Source: Octopus bimaculoides
Lineage: Eukaryota
Direction: 5' to 3'
NCBI RefSeq assembly: GCF_001194135.2
Contig: NC_068991.1
Coordinates: 24,726,948 to 24,764,302 of the forward strand
Length of the DNA: 37,355 bases
Position numbers and translations under genes: made by a program. The notes under the pieces were generated by a model. It saw only the letters and a program-made list of their open reading frames with translations. It ran no database searches and was not told where the DNA came from. The stretch's first letter is position 1; each line of letters starts with the position of its first letter. Below, piece by piece: positions 1-12,773 of this stretch.

Positions 1-60
1 GAGAGGGGGGAGACAGAGAGGGGGGAGACAGAGAGGGGGGAGACAGAGAGGGGGGAGACA
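1..60 (+). repeat. 15-bp tandem repeat (GAGAGGGGGGAGACA) x4, truncated by the window start
   Basis: Directly read; four G6 runs. Confidence 0.95.
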
Positions 61-1039
61 GAGACAGACAGACAAACGGGCATATTTGGATTTCCAAAGA
101 GGAGTACTCAATACATGTGATAAAATTTATTTACACTTCATCACCTGAACACACACAAGTGAAACCTGGAGCAACAACAGAATAAATCATCAACATGCTT
201 GTATGCGTTTTTTTACAAAATATATACATACCAGAATGTAACCTAATTATATTGTGTTTTCATCCAACTCATGAACCTCTTAGCCATTAGCCTGGCTTTC
301 TTCTCTCACTCCTGCTGTTATTTACCACCACCACCTCCACTACTACCAGTACTACAACAACAGCACTAACACCAATATAAATTACTAGTTCCACCCCAGT
401 GCTTATTTTAAATAGACTGAAAGAAGGCTTTTTTAAGAGATAAACAGCAGCTTGCTGGGGTAAAGTTTTGTATAATAGACTAGAGATCAGTAAATGGAAA
501 GTCATTCTTCATTTGAAAACTATTAACATCACAAACTTTTAAACTATTTTCCCATTAAACAGAAAACACAATCCTGGCACAGTTATGGCTTTAGAAAACA
601 AAAAGCAAGAGAAAACTGAACAATAGTAAAAATATAAAAAGAAAAAATATTCTATACATTTTTTTTGTTTGTTTTTTTTGTGAAAAATGTCTAACCAGAA
701 CTCTGAGGTAAATCAAACATTGACTTTTATAAAATTCATATTGATAATGTTCTATATGATCTGATTTAAGTGATTCTTTTTCTGATTTTTGTTTTGTAAG
801 TAGCTACCACTTATTATACCACCATCATCACTATAGTTTCTATTATAACTATCATTGTTACTGCAACCTTCATTAATATCTCCAACACCACATCATTTTT
901 ATCATCATCACTAAGGCCCTCTCCTTCCCACTACTACAGCTACATTTCAACAACCACCATGGCTAGTATCTATTAATTACACTACCACCATCACTATACA
1001 TGCTACCAGTCTCTATTATGATTATTCAAATGATAGAAG

Positions 1040-1424
1040 CAGCATCTACATAGTTGTTGCTCAAGCTGCTAAAAATAATAACCAAATTCTCTCAAATCTC
1101 TTCCTGTGGTCTTAGAAAAGGGCATGTTGGATAACGTGGCCCTGGATGGTCATCGTTGGAGTACCTTTGATCAAAAGTCTGGTTAATAGAGCTGAGCTGG
1201 GAATCAAACAACAATCATAATTATTCAAGTAAATAAGTGAGTCTTTGCATGATTGCTCAACCTACTAGAAATACCAGCTATTCTCTTTCAAATCATACCT
1301 TACCACCTTGGGAAGGGAAAGGATAGACTGGATAATTGGACAATGTAATCCCTAAAAGACAGGATGTTATGATTGGAATGCCTTTGATCAACAGTCTATT
1401 CAATAAGGGATGACCTGGGGCTTA
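1040..1424 (+). mobile_element. Two tandem copies of old retroposon family D (ctagaaata...caaatc...ggataatgt...gcctttgatca...cagggctgacctggggctaaac(aac)n)
   Basis: 1040-1216 and ~1245-1424 are mutually similar and match the 13045 and 24310 copies. Confidence 0.6.
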
Positions 1425-1777
1425 TCACCATAGTCACCAAACATCACCACACTACCAGAATTTTGAAGACCACTTCCAACACCGCAACTGCCATTATTAC
1501 CCCAATCAGATACTTCCAATATTTACCTTAACCATCTCCACTATGATTATTACTACATCCCTACCATTACAAGCAACTCTATTCCACAGTCTCTACCATC
1601 ACTACCATCTCATTAGTGCTTTGATGATTAAATATACTCTTAGATGTATTGTGTCTAATGTACATTTTCTAATCTATAATAGAATTTGTTAAATTGATTA
1701 ACAAAATAAATAGCAGCTCTGTATTTGTGTATGTGTATGTGTGCATGTGCACCCACGTATGCATGCATATGAGAAAG

Positions 1778-1820
<43 letters not shown>

Positions 1821-1905
1821 GCGCATACAAGTATGAGTGAGTGAACGTGTACAAACATCCATGAAAGAAAAATACAGAAGCTTGAAGAGTTCTCAAATTG
1901 TTTAA

Positions 1906-2125
1906 CCCTTTTTCATGCAGATCACTCGGTCGAATGTAATGCTTATTTATTCACATTGTTTTGAATTAATCATGTATTATCTTGTAGCTTCAAGATTTCA
2001 ATGATGTGATTGTTTGTTTTTAGAATGACATTGTAGGATTGGTATGAGAGGTTGGATGTGGCTAGTCTGAACATAAAACAGGTAGACTATTTCAGCCAGT
2101 TATTGACAGTTTAAATGCCAAAGGG
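1906..2125 (+). mobile_element. piggyBac-type MITE, full length (220 bp), TTAA TSD on both sides
   Basis: TTAA(1902-1905)|CCCTTT...AAAGGG|TTAA(2126-2129); colinear with the 12774 copy. Confidence 0.8.
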
Positions 2126-2174
2126 TTAAATTTGATTGAGAAGTTGGTTATGGTTATTCTTTTATTTGTTGTTT

Positions 2175-2220
2175 ATCATCATTTAATGTCCATTTTTCCA
2201 TACTGGCATGGGTTGGACCA
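2175..2220 (-). mobile_element. Family C tail-only fragment (others at ~2520-2600 +, 11686-11741 -, 28009-28058 -)
   Basis: atcatcatttaatgtccatttttccatactggcatgggttggac. Confidence 0.65.
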
Positions 2221-2981
2221 TGTGTGTGTGTGTGTGTGCGTGCGCATGCACATGTATTGCAATGATTAATTTATATTGGCATGTTTATTAATTTAGCAAA
2301 TTTAAATATCTTCCACAGATTGTCAGAGTATATGTTTTCACACCAAGAGGAAATTGCAGCCTCTAATTTTCCTGATAAGCATATTGAGATAGCCAAGGGT
2401 TATGAATCTTGTATATGAGATACAATGCAATACCAGTGCAAAAGTTCAACTTTTATACACACACATCCACACCTCTCTCTCTCTCTCTCTCTCTCTGTTG
2501 TTGTGTGTGATCTGTTACTCAGAAAGGGCATCGTGCCATAAAACAGTATATCAATAATGTATTCTTCCAACCCATGCTAGCATAAAAAAACATGTAAAAA
2601 CAAAAGAACAAACCCGTTTGTGCATATATATATGTGTTTTATATTTAAATAATTTTGCAAAAGCTTCCAGATAATTTGATTTCTTGCATGCAATAACAAT
2701 ATTCAAATAAAGAATTCTTAGAACTTATCCAAGCTCTTGACTTACTCTTTTTCCTTTCCAATAATGGCAAAGTATTTCGAGAATTATTAACCGGTATTAT
2801 AGAGTTAACCAATCTAAAGCACTCAAGTGAACACTTGAACTATAAATTTAGTAGTCTTATCACCTTAGCAAATAACAGATAGCCATCATGTTATTCAAGA
2901 ACTTCTATGAAATTATAAAAAATTTCTTTATCAATCTCTCACGTGAAATTCAAAGCAGTTTTTTAAAATGAGTTTTAGAAA

Positions 2982-3392
2982 GAGTTGTTGCTGTTTAGTC
3001 TCAGGTCAGCTATGATCAAGCATACCTTTCAAAGATGTTCCAACCATGACCATCTCATCTTTTTGTATATCTGGAACTATATTGTCCAATGTGTCCTTCC
3101 TTTTTTAGGATGTTAGAATGAAATTTATATGAGAGATTTGACTGCTATTCCTAGTAGGCTAAACAATTATGTAGAGACCCTTCATTGGTTCAAAACATAC
3201 TAGGTATGCTGCAAATGCTATAGCAGATACAGTTATGAGATTGCCATAATCAGTTCCAGCCAAAAACATGCCAGCCTTAAATATTCTTTTATTTTAAATG
3301 TAGTGTGCCTAGGACTACATTATTTAAGAAATCCTTTGTTTTTAAATTTTAGATGTGATTTGAGGGAGGTCTGGTTGTTATTTCTAGCAGTG
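2982..3392 (-). mobile_element. Family D: copy at 2982-3185 and fragment at ~3250-3392
   Basis: gttgttgctgtttagtctcaggtcagc...caaagatgttccaaccatgacc...gatttgactgctattcctagta; gatttgagggaggtctggttgttatttctagcag. Confidence 0.6.
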
Positions 3393-3975
3393 ATTAACTT
3401 TGTACAGCCTTTGTGTACATATCTTTTGCAAATAGTAATAACCATGTAAAGGACTAGTGGAGACACACTAACCTAATACTTAAGATATAGTCCTCCCAAC
3501 TTAATCATTATATATATATCATAGCATTATAGCTATGTAGTGTTAATATATCTTTCCAGGGTTTATATTACTACAGGATATAAAATATAGAAATATGTCA
3601 GAGTAAATTTATGTGTGCGTTCAATATTATCAGTAAAGAAAATAAAAGTTATGATTTGTGTTTATAAACATTTTTTTTATAAATGAAGAAAAGAAAAAAT
3701 TCTGAAACGTTTATTTATCTTTTATTTATATAACTTCTAAAATATAGGACATTTTCAAAATATGCAGTTGCACATGTTCAGACACACATACACACATATA
3801 AGCAAATGCACACATGTGGATATAAACAAAACAACTAGTTATGTAATAGCCTAGACCACTTTTCAACCCTTTTACTGTACCCTCTCTTCTATTAGTTCAC
3901 CATCCAATTCCCACACACACATATAAGAAAAAAATTCTTATATATAACACAGTTTGTTACATAACATTAAACATA

Positions 3976-4415
3976 GGCGTAGGAGTGGCTGTGTGGTAAG
4001 TAGCTTGCTTACGAACCACATGCTTCTGGGTTCAGTCCCACTGCGTGGCACCTTGGGTAAGNNNNNNNNNNCTTACGAACCACATGCTTCTGGGTTCAGT
4101 CCCACTGCGTGGCACCTTGGGTAAGTGTCTTCTACTATAGCCTTGGGCTAACCAAAGCTTTGTGAATGGATTTGGTAGACGAAAACTGGAAGAAGCCCGT
4201 TGTATATATGTATATATATTTGTGTGTGTGTGTGTGTGTGTGTATGTTTCTGTGTCTGTGTTTGTCCCCCCAACATCGCTTGACAATCGATGCTGGTGTG
4301 TTTACATCTCCGTAACTTAGTGGTTCGGCGAAAGAGACCGATAGAATAAGTACTAGGCTTACAAAGAATAAGTCCTGGGGTCGATTTGCTCGAAACAAGT
4401 AAAAGAGTAAAAGAG
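3976..4415 (+). mobile_element. SINE family A (tRNA-derived head, CORE-like ccttgggcaagtgtctt, internal TA/TG microsatellite, 3' body ending in gtaaaaga repeats)
   Basis: A-box-like TGGCTGTGTGG, B-box GGTTCAGTCCC; about 10 related copies in the window. Has a ~40-bp internal deletion near 4393 and an artefactual duplication around the N gap. Confidence 0.85.
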
Positions 4416-5068
4416 ATACTTCTTTAAAAAAAAACAGTGTTAAGGAAAATAAATTTAACACAAAACATATAATAAAAGTTTTTCAACTTAAAAACAATCT
4501 CTCCAAAATTTTCCATTGGATTCCTGAAAATTCACTCACCCAAATAACAATTGTAGTCCTAGAACAATACTCCTTGAGAAACACTTTTAATTTAATTTTA
4601 TCAAGTTGATTATCAGGTTCATGTAATTAGATTTCTAGTTACAGTGTTTCTGTTTGTGTTAAACATGTTCTAGATTGTAAGATTAAGATGCCAAAGATTT
4701 ATTTGAAGAGCGATGATTTCTGTACTAACAGATTAAACAACTTACATTAACAATCTATTATTGGTTTGAATTCTAGGTGTATCTTAATCACTAAGGATGG
4801 GTTGACTTTAAAAAATGAGAGTGCTCTGAGCCTGACAGAACAGGAATAACTGGAATTAATAAGAATTAAAATGCTCACCCCTTTTTTTGCTCCTTTGAAT
4901 ACATTAACTAAATGCTTTCCCTATTAAATCCTCTACCAGGTAATTCAATACTCACCATTCCTATTGTATTTCACATTCAAGATCCTATTCTAAATTGTTT
5001 CTAATTTAAGCATAAAACCAACAAGCTGCCAACTCCAATACTTGATTGGTGTTTTATTTTATTGTTTC

Positions 5069-5403
5069 TGGCACTTGTGCCCGCGGCATGTGTAAGGACT
5101 TTCAAGCAAGATCGTTGCCAGTGCCCCTGGACTGGCTCTTGTGCGGGTGGCACATAAAATACACCATTTTGAGCGTGGCCATTGCCAGTACCGCTTGACT
5201 GGCCTTTGTGCTGGTGGCACGTAAAAAGCACCCACTACACTCTCGGAGTGATTGGCATTAGGAAGGGCATCCAGCTGTAGAAACTCTACCAAATCAGATT
5301 GGAGCCTGGTGTAGCCATCTGGTTTCACCAGTCCTCAGTCAAATCGTCCAACCCATGCTAGCATGGAAAGCGGACGTTAAACGATGATGATGATGATGAT
5401 GAT
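5069..5403 (+). mobile_element. Retroposon family C (5'-truncated; internal 67-bp repeats; 3' hairpin CCATGC-NN-GCATGG and (GAT)n tail)
   Basis: ggaagggcatccagctgtagaaac...aacccatgctagcatggaaagcggacgttaaacgatgatgat; the same tail occurs in at least 6 other places. Confidence 0.8.
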
Positions 5404-5933
5404 NNNNNNNNNNNNNNNNNNNNNNNNNNNNNNNNNNNNNNNNNNNNNNNNNNNNNNNNNNNNNNNNNNNNNNNNNNNNNNNNNNNNNNNNNNNNNNNNN
5501 NNNNNNNNNNNNNNNNNNNNNNNNNNNNNNNNNNNNNNNNNNNNNNNNNNNNNNNNNNNNNNNNNNNNNNNNNNNNNNNNNNNNNNNNNNNNNNNNNNNN
5601 NNNNNNNNNNNNNNNNNNNNNNNNNNNNNNNNNNNNNNNNNNNNNNNNNNNNNNNNNNNNNNNNNNNNNNNNNNNNNNNNNNNNNNNNNNNNNNNNNNNN
5701 NNNNNNNNNNNNNNNNNNNNNNNNNNNNNNNNNNNNNNNNNNNNNNNNNNNNNNNNNNNNNNNNNNNNNNNNNNNNNNNNNNNNNNNNNNNNNNNNNNNN
5801 NNNNNNNNNNNNNNNNNNNNNNNNNNNNNNNNNNNNNNNNNNNNNNNNNNNNNNNNNNNNNNNNNNNNNNNNNNNNNNNNNNNNNNNNNNNNNNNNNNNN
5901 NNNNNNNNNNNNNNNNNNNNNNNNNNNNNNNNN
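5404..5933. other. Assembly gap; other gaps at 4062-4071, 9391-9400, 13853-14075, 19952-19985, 26446-26836, 27463-27698, 29351-29436
   Basis: Runs of N, most abutting microsatellites or SINEs. Confidence 1.
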
Positions 5934-6051
5934 ATTTTGCACAAAAGTTGCCTTTCAACATTTATGAAAATGTTAGCTCTGTCTGTCTGTCTGTCAGTCT
6001 CTCTCTCTCCCTCTCTCTCTCTCTCTGTCTCTCTCTCTCTCTGTCTCTCTA

Positions 6052-6100
<49 letters not shown>

Positions 6101-6704
6101 ACGTGTGCGTGCGTGTCTGTCTGTCTGTCTTTCGTGTGTGCTTGTGCATGTCTTCAGGCTGAACATTTCATCATATATCATTAAAAAAATGATTTAGGAC
6201 ACATTTTCTATTTACATAATTTTTATTGGAATCTTTTTCTTATTATTCCTTTTTTTAAACAGTGAGTCCATTCTGTGATCTTACATCTAAATGTCTTACA
6301 ATAAATACACACATATGTGAAGATCATTCAGTTTTTGTTGAAAGAAAATAGCACATTCAGAAGAAAACTGCTTTACTGACATGTATTAACACGATATGAA
6401 AGCTTTCACTAACTTCACACTTAAAAGTCAAACCACTAAAGTTGTAAATATTTACTGGCTAATGTAGTTTATGATACTTTCTTCATTCATCTATACAAAC
6501 TAAGTATAAATCTTACTTCTAAGAATGGGTACCTGTTGCTTTAGCAACCAAAATGTTACAGATTTTAAAGTTTGGGGCAGCATGAAAAAAGAAAAATATT
6601 ATTAAAAGATTCCAATAGTATTTTAAATACTAATAATTAAATTTGTTTTTAGGCAATTCAAGAGTTTAAAATATGTAAATATAATCAAATTCATATTTAA
6701 CCAC

Positions 6705-6890
6705 TAGATCAGTCAATCAAGCAGACTTAAGATCAACATTTCATCCCCAACCATCCCAGCTTTATATATAACCAAGGTCACATAGCCCAGTGTATCTTAT
6801 TCTTTTTTGCAGGGAAGTAGTGTGAGTTTTGCAGATCTGGATACTACTTCTAGCAGATTGAGTGACAATGTAGCAGCTCCCTCATTAGCT
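6705..6890 (-). mobile_element. Family D copy
   Basis: caagcagacttaagatcaacatttc...cccagtgtatc...gatctggatactacttctagcagattgagtgac. Confidence 0.5.
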
Positions 6891-7063
6891 TCTCGTAAAT
6901 TGAGGAGCTGTAGAGGTGAACATGCTTAAACAGAATTATTTTCAAAGGTGACACTGTTAAATGCAGAAAGGGATAACTGTTGTGACTGTTGCTAACAAAA
7001 GAATTATCTTTCTGTACAGAGTAGGTATTAGGAAGCCTGTATTGCAAATGTGACACTTTACCA

Positions 7064-7980
7064 CAATGATTCCCAAAGTGGGTACTACAGCTTTCTTGGG
7101 GATGCTGGAAGAGTCAAGAAGGATATTGAAAGGCAAGGGGGAATAAAGGAAGCATCAGAAGGCAAGGGGGTAAGGAGGGAGTCAATGGATAAAGAATACA
7201 AATTAGTAATTACTTGAAAAACTGTCAATGGTTTTCAATGAAAGATAGCATGATCATATTTAATAAATAATATAAATAAAAAAATAATAATGTATATACC
7301 TATATTAACATATTTCTTATAGATATAACCATTATAGAACCAAAGTAGAAATACTAGCAACATAGCATCAAATATCTACAATATGGCTTTATTCCCTCAC
7401 CTACAAACAAGCTATTATCAATCTGCTTGATTTGCCAAAAAGTGTTTTCCAATGGATGTATGAAACCTTCAAGATTAGAAGAACACTTAAAAATATTCAA
7501 GCTGACAAGATAAATAAAGATTTATCATATTTTAAAGCACTTCAAGACCAATTTTGCAAACAGCCAGTGTTGTTAAGTATGTTCTCTGCATCAATAAAAG
7601 AAAATGATAGGCTGTATACTTCTTATAAAATTACATTACTGACTGCCAAATCCAGAAAACCAGATGCTATTGGCAAAGAATTGATCTTTCCAGCTGTTAG
7701 TAAGGTTCTGCATACTGTGTTGCACAAACTAGTGACTGGCATAATAAAATACATTTGAGTAAATAATAAAATAATACAATGATGCATAGGTAAAATAAGC
7801 AATGATGTGGAAGACACACATATCAAGCAATTTTTTGAGGACTGCCAATTTTCATTACAACTAGATAAATCAACTCCGGCAGAGAATGAAATGCTGATGT
7901 TAGCTTACACTCAATTTATAAAAGGAAAGAAAATAACTCAGGAGGCCATCTTGTCTCCTATCACAAGAAATACTAAGGAA
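7064..7980 (+). pseudogene. 5' part of a hAT Buster/Charlie-type DNA transposon with decayed transposase
   Basis: Begins with a Charlie-like end (CAATGATTCCCAAAGTGG) preceded by ctTTAcca, which fits NNNTANNN. Translation: KYLQYGFIPSPTNKLLSICLICQKVFSNGCMKPSRLEEHLK (BED finger), frameshift, ADKINKDLSYFKAL...SYKITLLTAKSRKPDAIGKELIFPAV, then FSLQLDKST...MLAYTQFIK (first catalytic D region, LDEST in intact copies). Confidence 0.85.
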
Positions 7981-8498
7981 ACATGTAGAGCTTTCCTCAT
8001 TGGCTCTAAGTGTATTTTGGCAGTAAGATTAATTAGCCTGATGGAAGTTTGGCCAAAAATGAAGATTGCATGGAATTAAGGCACATAAATGGATTCTATT
8101 GTACAGACCCCCACACATATTAGACCTTGGTGATATAAATACTAAAACATATGGTAACAATAACGATGATTTTCTTATTAAGAAATTCCCAGACAAGAGT
8201 CAAAATTAACGTCTTTGTGTGTAAAATTGATTTTATTATTGACTGAAACACAGCCTTCAAGTTGATCATATCAACCCCAGTATTTATTCCACACACACAC
8301 ACACACACGCATGCATGCACGCACACGCACACACACACACATATATAAAGAAATATAAAGATAAATATCACATTAATGATTTTTATCAAGTAGTCAGCAT
8401 GCTATAAAGATTTATAGGCAATTAATACATTAAATTAGTAACAATGTACATACGTATATATACATATGTACATTACTATTGATTTAATGTATTAATTA

Positions 8499-8547
<49 letters not shown>

Positions 8548-8793
8548 GCATAGATAAACACACTCACATGCACATGTCTATGTACACACCAGGTTTCTGC
8601 ACAATTCCTGTCTACCAAATTCCACTTATAAGTTATTGGGTAACCCAAGGTTATAGTGGATGAGCCATGCTTGTATCTGTATGACTAGTTTTTTTTGTCT
8701 TTGTTGTTTTGTTTTTTTTGCACTAATTTGTTTGACTGATTACACTCATTACACTTATATACTAAATACTTTCCACGGAGTGAAAGGCTTTAA

Positions 8794-8997
8794 AAGGTAG
8801 TGAGCTGGCAGAAACATTAGCATGCTGGGCGAAATGCTTAGCGGTATTTCATCTGTTCAAATTCCGCCGAGATCAACTTTGCCTTTCATCCTTTTGGGGT
8901 CGATAAATTAAGTACCAGTTGTGTACTGGTGTTGATCTATTCGACCGGCCCCCACCTCTCCCAAAATTTCAAGCCTTGTGCTTAGAGTAGAAAAGAA
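8794..8997 (+). mobile_element. SINE family B, complete, with 13-bp TSD TGAAAGGCTTTAA
   Basis: Head ggtagtgagctggcagaa...GTTCAAATTCC (B box); TSD at 8781-8793 and 8998-9010. Confidence 0.85.
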
Positions 8998-9159
8998 TGA
9001 AAGGCTTTAAGGTAAGTGTTTCTAAACTCAAACTAATGCTTGGCTCAAGTTACATGGCATTAAACAGTTATGAAATAGATCTCACCTGGGATTGCATGCC
9101 AGTTTTTCATAAGAATTGTTCCCAGATAATCCAGTATTGATTTCCAATAACTATGTTAA

Positions 9160-9309
9160 CCCTTTACCTTAACTGTAATGCTTATTTACATTATTTTGAA
9201 TTAATCATGCTTTATCTTCCAGATTTCGATGATGCGGTTGTTCATTTTTAGAATGACTTTCTAGAGTAGACGTAAGAGTCTGGATTTGGCCAGTTTAAAT
9301 GCTAAAAGG
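9160..9309 (+). mobile_element. piggyBac-type MITE, internally deleted copy (150 bp), TTAA TSD
   Basis: TTAA(9156-9159)|CCCTTTA...gtttaaatgctaaaagg|TTAA(9310-9313); shares ttttgaattaatcatg and tttagaatgac with other copies. Confidence 0.75.
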
Positions 9310-9344
9310 TTAAGCAAGACACAAAGAACTAAGAGTACTGCACA

Positions 9345-9390
<46 letters not shown>

Positions 9391-9400
9391 NNNNNNNNNN

Positions 9401-9451
<51 letters not shown>

Positions 9452-10049
9452 GTGACTAACTTGCATTGGATTTTAAGTTTATGAAATGACAGAATTCACC
9501 TTTTTTTTTTCATGGGACACTAGACAAACCTCTTTTATACCATACGTATTCATCAAAATACATATATACAAACTTCATGCATGCATGTATTTATATATAC
9601 ACACATATATCATTCAAGCTATTCCTACTCCTGTGTAATTAGGCAAGTCATTTTACACATAAATGTCCATCCCAAGTCTACCCTAAAGGGCTAAAAAATG
9701 AGAAGGTATGCTGCTTATACTTATGACAAGTCTTACATTACAAAGCACAGAAAATGAAATAAAGCAAAAATACAACAGAATATACAATTAATTACAGGAC
9801 AGACTCAAAACTATATGAGCAGTTTTAAGTTGAAAAGATTCCGTCCAAGAGAATATTGACATGGGTTCGTTAATGGCTGGAAGCCTTTTTAAGTCTTTTC
9901 TTTAAGTTCTCTCCTTATTCCTCCTTCTCTGACTCACCATCATCATTATTTTCATCAACTAAAGCATTGGGAGGGAAATTTGGTTAACTGAAACTATACA
10001 GAAGCACATCACTACTACCATTATGCTGCTGTCACCACAGCACTACCAT

Positions 10050-10264
10050 CATTATTATTATTATTATTATTATTACATTTACATCCAGTTTCCATGCTCT
10101 GACATGAGCTGAACAGATTGTCATAAACTGAGTCACTTATTAGTTACTGCCCTCCTAATGGGCCATAAGACTCCATGTCACTCAAAATATTTCATTTTTG
10201 GCATGGTTTCTATGGCTGGATGCTCTTTCTAACACCTACCATTTTACAGAATGTTCTGGATGCA
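10050..10264 (-). mobile_element. Retroposon family C, diverged variant with (ATT)n at the tail
   Basis: catccagtttccatgctctgacatg...ggtttctatggctggatgctctttctaacacctacca. Confidence 0.6.
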
Positions 10265-10537
10265 ACCACTACATATAATGTTTGCAGACATGCAGCAAAT
10301 ATGTGGTATGCGTATGCACACATACAAACATACTGTGCAATGATTACATCCTGAAGATTACCATCTATGAAATAACCTTAATTCTTTGTTAATTCCTTGT
10401 TTAAATACTTCAATAGCAATTCTATTGGAAAAGCATGAATACCAGAATCTGATATTTATCATCTACCATAAAAATACACCATTATAAATTCCCTACCTCA
10501 CGAAATGTATGTGTTAGTGTGTGTGTCTATATGTATA

Positions 10538-10590
<53 letters not shown>

Positions 10591-11080
10591 ATGCATGGAT
10601 GTGTGTGTCTGTGTGTGTACACAAGCATTTAGATAGATATATAAACACAGCTAGAAATTCATATGTAAATATGTCTATATATGTTTGTTGTTTGGTTATG
10701 CATACACATGTACATGGGTATGCATACAAACTAACTAATAAACATAAGTTAATGAAACAATATCACATACACATATTTTATCAATGCACACAGCTCATTG
10801 CACAAACACATTGTCTTTTAATCCCTGGAATGTCTCTTAAGCTGGTGCTTAGATCCAGTTTCAAGGAACTGAGGAGATAACAGATAATTCTCTTCCTGTA
10901 GAATAAGATTCTAATCTATGTATTGCAAATAACATTGTCAGATGATCTGTTGCCTACTTCAAGCAGCTTAATGGACTGCTGTATTGAAGAATAACATGTC
11001 ATGCCCAGAAATGCAATCAAATGACTACAATGAAAATGAATTCACAATCTATGAATTAGTTGCTATTTTTCACCTTCGTG

Positions 11081-11119
<39 letters not shown>

Positions 11120-11340
11120 TTCTTTATTGCTAAGTCAGAGGAGAAAGGACAGCACCTGTGATCCTCCTCAGAGCTCCCAAGACTGGTGAGACAAAAGGAG
11201 TTTTCATTAGATCAGAGACACTGTACAAATGCTTGCCACACAGTGGATTCCACTAAAGGTACCCAAGTATCAGGCAGGTGATATCATCCTAAATAACAAA
11301 TTAAGTCTATCATCCAAGAACAAGAATGACCCCCTCCTAC

Positions 11341-11499
11341 AGGCTTCCACACAGTTTCTGTTTAGCAAATTTCATACATAAGATATTAGTCAACCTGAAA
11401 CTATGGTAGAAGATAATTGCCTAAAATGCTATGCAGTGGGCTCAACCCCAAAACCATCTAGCTGTAAAATGAACTTCTTAACCACTCAACCATGCCTAT
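11341..11499 (-). mobile_element. Old SINE family A-like head/core fragment (a similar fragment lies at 8591-8670)
   Basis: ggcttccacacagtttc...ctatggtagaagata...gcagtggg...aaccactcaaccatgcc. Confidence 0.55.
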
Positions 11500-12773
11500 T
11501 TCAAATATATATAGCTGTTAACATACTTTGAAAAAGAAAGAAGTATTGGATGATCTCGGTGGAATGCCTTCAATTATAGTGCCATACTATCAGGGCTGGC
11601 CTGGAGCCAAAAAGAAAAAGACATCAAACATTGGGACATTATGCATACACAAACACCAATATATTAGCCAATCTGTATAAGTGAATCATCCATCATCATC
11701 ATCAACATTTAACATCCATTTTCCATGCCTGCATTGGTTGAATTTATGTCCAAAATAATAAGGGAAAGAAGAGAGAGAAAGTGAAATGAAGAAAGTGAGA
11801 GAGTGTGCCATTTTTAATGACCATAGTGACAAAATTACACCATGTAATATGTCAGATCAATCATTAAGTACATCACCAAACACATATGAAACCAATGTAA
11901 GTCTCTTCAAGTAATAACATGTTATCATGATTGATATCACACTGAAGTTCATATAAATCTTATTTCCCTACAAATCAATCACCCCCAAAGACTCACCAAA
12001 CTAAGCACTAGATCCTGCTAACACATTTTTCATTTTTTTTTTTTTTTCTTTTCTTCCTAACATTTTATACTCTATCCAGTTTTGTTACATCAAATTTGCA
12101 GAACAATCCAATCCTATAAATTTTAGACATTTTCACAAAGGAATTGCTGAAGCAGCTATTTTGTACTTGGATGACCTTCCTAACACTAATCACTTAACTA
12201 TGAAGTAGGAGTAATTTTTTTGTCATTTTTGTTTTATGTCCTTTTTTAAATTTGACAGTCTATGGAAGAGGAGCAATGCCCATGGGATTTTTAAGCCTGG
12301 GAGATGGGAAGTTTTTAATAACATAATGAACTTATTACAATTAATTTGGAGAAGTGCAAGTTAGTGAATGGAGGTGGGTTTAAATGCAGGATGGGAAACA
12401 AGAGGAATCCAGTTCTGGGAAAGCATCCAGATAAGTGTTTATTACCGGATCTAGGGGAGGTGAAGAGAAAGTGCATCATGAAGTGACTTTGGGTGAGTAA
12501 AATCATAAATGTGGACAGTGTTTGTAGAAGATACAGGGATAACACACAATTTAATACAGTTCAGGTGCATCATATTTGAATGTGATGTACATTATTATTA
12601 TATATAAATAGATTATTAATTATTCAAGTTTAAGGAATTTTTGGGGGTGGGGGGGACCTGAAACCTATGAGGATCGTGTGGTTGGGAAGTGAACTTCTCA
12701 ACTACATACAGCCATGTAGTATGTTATCCACATCAAAATATGGTTATCATTTGGTACTATTATTATCATTTAA

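Noticed and set aside
3976-4050. tRNA genes at the SINE heads
   Set aside because: A/B-box-like motifs are present, but they run into SINE bodies and I could not build a cloverleaf.
4008-4125. 54-bp direct duplication inside a SINE head
   Set aside because: The copies are identical and flank a 10-N gap, typical of unmerged overlapping contig ends.
5339-6197. Long ORFs in the track across gaps (also 13689-14134, 26228-26935, 27303-27797, 29224-29604)
   Set aside because: They are open only because of N runs and microsatellites.
12255-12540. Purine/GC-richer island that might be a LINE fragment
   Set aside because: No convincing motif in any frame by manual translation; needs BLASTx.
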